Shown: positions 55,601 to 59,163 of the stretch, piece by piece
How positions within the stretch are numbered: the stretch's first letter is position 1
Layout: each line of letters starts with the position of its first letter
Assembly: GCA_032718475.1 (NCBI GenBank)
Contig: JAUCBJ010006263.1
Location: forward strand, 1 to 59,163
Reading direction: 5' to 3'
Length of the DNA: 59,163 nucleotides
Source: Nemertoderma westbladi
Taxonomy: Eukaryota; Animalia; Xenacoelomorpha
Notes under the pieces: generated by a model
Seen by the model: the letters and a program-made list of their open reading frames with translations, nothing else
The model's database searches: none
What the model was told of the DNA's origin: nothing
Translations under genes and position numbers: made by a program

Positions 55601-58600
55601 TAGAGATAACAAACAGGAACCTGCATCCACACCATCTATAGAGATAGCAAACAGGAACCTGCATCCACACCATCTATAGAGATAACAAACAGGAACCTGT
55701 ATCCACACCTTCTATCTAGAAAACAAACAGGAACCTGCATCCACACCATCTATCTAGATAACAAACAGGAACCTGCACCCACACCATCTATAGAGATAAC
55801 AACAGGAACCTGCACCCACACCATCTATCTAGATAACAAACAGGAACCTGCATCCACACCTTCTATAGAGATAACAAACAGGAACCTGTATCCACACCAT
55901 CTATCTAGATAACAAACAGGAACCTGCATCCAAACCATCTATCTAGATAACAAACAGGAACCTGCATCCACACCATCTATAGAGATAACAAACAGGAACC
56001 TGTATCCACACCATCTATCTAGATAACAAACAGGAACCTGCATCCAAACCATCTATCTAGATAACAAACAGGAACCTGCATCCACACCATCTATTTAGAT
56101 AACAAACAGGAACCTGCACCCACACCATCTATAGAGATAACAAACAGGAACCTGTATCCACACCATCTATCTATATAACAAACAGGAACCTGCATCCACA
56201 CCATCTATAGAGATAACAAACAGGAACCTGCATCCACACCATCTATCTAGATAACAAACAGGAACCTGCATCCACACCATCTATAGAGATAACAAACAGG
56301 AACCTGTATCCACACCATCTATCTAGATAACAACAGGAACCTGCATCCACACCATCTATAGAGATAACAAACAGGAACCTGCATCCACACCATCTATAGA
56401 GATAACAAACAGGAACCTGCATCCACACCTTCTATCTAGATAACAAACAGGAACCTGCATCCAAACCATCTATCTAGATAACAAACAGGAACCTGCATCC
56501 ACACCATCTATAGAGATAACAAACAGGAACCTGTATCCACACCATCTATCTAGATAACAACAGGAACCTGCATCCACACCATCTATAGAGATAACAAACA
56601 GGAACCTGCATCCACACCTTCTATAGAGATAACAAACAGGAACCTGTATCCACACCATCTATCTAGATAACAAACAGGAACCTGCATCCAAACCATCTAT
56701 CTAGATAACAAACAGGAACCTGCATCCACACCATCTATAGAGATAACAAACAGGAACCTGTATCCACACCATCTATCTAGATAACAAACAGGAACCTGCA
56801 TCCAAACCATCTATCTAGATAACAAACAGGAACCTGCATCCACACCATCTATTTAGATAACAAACAGGAACCTGCACCCACACCATCTATAGAGATAACA
56901 AACAGGAACCTGTATCCACACCATCTATCTATATAACAAACAGGAACCTGCATCCACACCATCTATAGAGATAACAAACAGGAACCTGTATCCACACCAT
57001 CTATCTAGATAACAAACAGGAACCTGCATCCAAACCATCTATCTAGATAACAAACAGGAACCTGCATCCACACCATCTATAGAGATAACAAACAGGAACC
57101 TGTATCCACACCATCTATCTAGATAACAAACAGGAACCTGCATCCAAACCATCTATCTAGATAACAAACAGGAACCTGCATCCACACCATCTATTTAGAT
57201 AACAAACAGGAACCTGCACCCACACCATCTATAGAGATAACAAACAGGAACCTGTATCCACACCATCTATCTATATAACAAACAGGAACCTGCATCCACA
57301 CCATCTATAGAGATAACAAACAGGAACCTGTATCCACACCATCTATCTATATAACAAACAGGAACCTGCATCCACACCATCTATAGAGATAACAAACAGG
57401 AACCTGCATCCAAACCATCTATAGAGATAACAAACAGGAACCTGTATCCACACCATCTATAGAGATAACAAACAGGAACCTGCATCCACACCATCTATAG
57501 AGATAACAAACAGGAACCTGCATCCACACCATCTATAGAGATAGCAAACAGGAACCTGCATCCACACCATCTATAGAGATAACAAACAGGAACCTGCATC
57601 CACACCATCTATCTAGATAACAAACAGGAACCTGCATCCAAACCATCTATAGAGATAACAAACAGGAACCTGTATCCAAACCATCTATAGAGATAACAAA
57701 CAGGAACCTGCATCCACACCATCTATCTAGATAACAAACAGGAACCTGCATCCACACCATCTATCTAGATAACAAACAGGAACCTGCATCCACACCATCT
57801 ATAGAGATAACAAACAGGAACCTGCATCCACACCATCTATCTAGATAACAAACAGGAACCTGCATCCAAACCATCTATAGAGATAACAAACAGGAACCTG
57901 CATCCACACCATCTATAGAGATAACAAACAGGAACCTGTATCCACACCTTCTATCTAGATAACAAACAGGAACCTGCATCCAAACCATCTATAGAGATAA
58001 CAAACAGGAACCTGCATCCAAACCATCTATAGAGATAACAAACAGGAACCTGCATCCACACCATCTATAGAGATAACAACAGGAACCTGCATCCACACCA
58101 TCTATCTAGATAACAAACAGGAACCAGCATCCACACCATCTATCTAGAAAACAAACAGGAACCTGCATCCACACCTTCTATCTAGATAACAAACAGGAAC
58201 CAGCATCCACACCATCTATCTAGATAACAAACAGGAACCAGCATCCACACCATCTATCTAGAAAACAAACAGGAACCTGCATCCACACCATCTATAGAGA
58301 TAACAAACAGGAACCTGCATCCACACCATCTATAGAGATAGCAAACAGGAACCTGCATCCACACCATCTATCTAGATAACAAACAGGAACCAGCATCCAC
58401 ACCATCTATCTAGAAAACAAACAGGAACCTGCATCCACACCATCTATAGAGATAACAAACAGGAACCTGCATCCACACCATCTATCTAGATAACAAACAG
58501 GAACCAGCATCCACACCATCTATAGAGATAACAAACAGGAACCTGCATCCAAACCATCTATAGAGATAACAAACAGGAACCTGCATCCACACCATCTATA

Positions 58601-59163
58601 GAGATAACAACAGGAACCTGCATCCACACCATCTATCTAGATAACAAACAGGAACCAGCATCCACACCATCTATCTAGATAACAAACAGGAACCTGCATC
58701 CACACCATCTATAGAGATAACAACAGGAACCTGCATCCACACCATCTATCTAGATAACAAACAGGAACCAGCATCCACACCATCTATCTAGAAAACAAAC
58801 AGGAACCTGCATCCACACCATCTATAGAGATAACAAACAGGAACCTGCATCCACACCATCTATCTAGATAACAAACAGGAACCTGCATCCACACCATCTA
58901 TCTAGATAACAAACAGGAACCAGCATCCACACCATCTATCTAGAAAACAAACAGGAACCTGCATCCACACCATCTATAGAGATAACAAACAGGAACCTGC
59001 ATCCACACCATCTATAGAGATAGCAAACAGGAACCTGCATCCACACCATCTATCTAGATAACAAACAGGAACCTGCATCCACACCTTCTATCTAGATAAC
59101 AAACAGGAACCAGCATCCACACCATCTATCTAGATAACAAACAGGAACCAGCATCCACACCAT
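34650..59163. repeat. Tandem satellite D, main block (>24.5 kb, ~645 copies, runs off the window end)
   Basis: Uninterrupted 38-bp periodicity with regionally clustered variants. Confidence 0.99.

Noticed and set aside
34109-56658. Short minus-strand ORFs in satellite D
   Set aside because: They are chance stop-free stretches created by 37-bp or variant monomers.
2211-59163. CRISPR-like arrays (31-38-bp repeats)
   Set aside because: The units are head-to-tail with no unique spacers, there are no cas genes, and the context is intron-containing eukaryotic DNA.

Overview
Eukaryotic (most likely invertebrate animal) genomic DNA, about 63% tandem repeat. Four satellite arrays (43-bp unit at 1-458, 36-bp at 2211-6972, 31-bp at 25037-30417, 38-bp from 30983 to the window end) surround a ~15-kb gene island. 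The island holds two spliced genes that the ORF track shows only partly or not at all. One is a three-exon SERF/4F5-family gene (63 aa, minus strand). The other is a four-exon exostosin-2 (EXT2, 696 aa, plus strand) nested entirely in the 13.7-kb second intron of SERF. Mobile elements include three RTE-like LINE pieces (one recent and open-frame, inserted into the 31-bp satellite), a tRNA-derived SINE interrupted by a small TIR element, two Mutator-type MITEs with 9-bp TSDs upstream of EXT2, and probable Helitron/Helentron-like fragments. A near-identical 1.43-kb duplication flanks a 2.4-kb foreign insert. The most notable observation is that the 36-bp satellite unit is 35/36 identical to an internal hairpin segment of the SINE once the SINE is reconstructed, and the array runs directly into flanking SINE sequence. 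All calls come from reading the sequence by eye; no searches were run.
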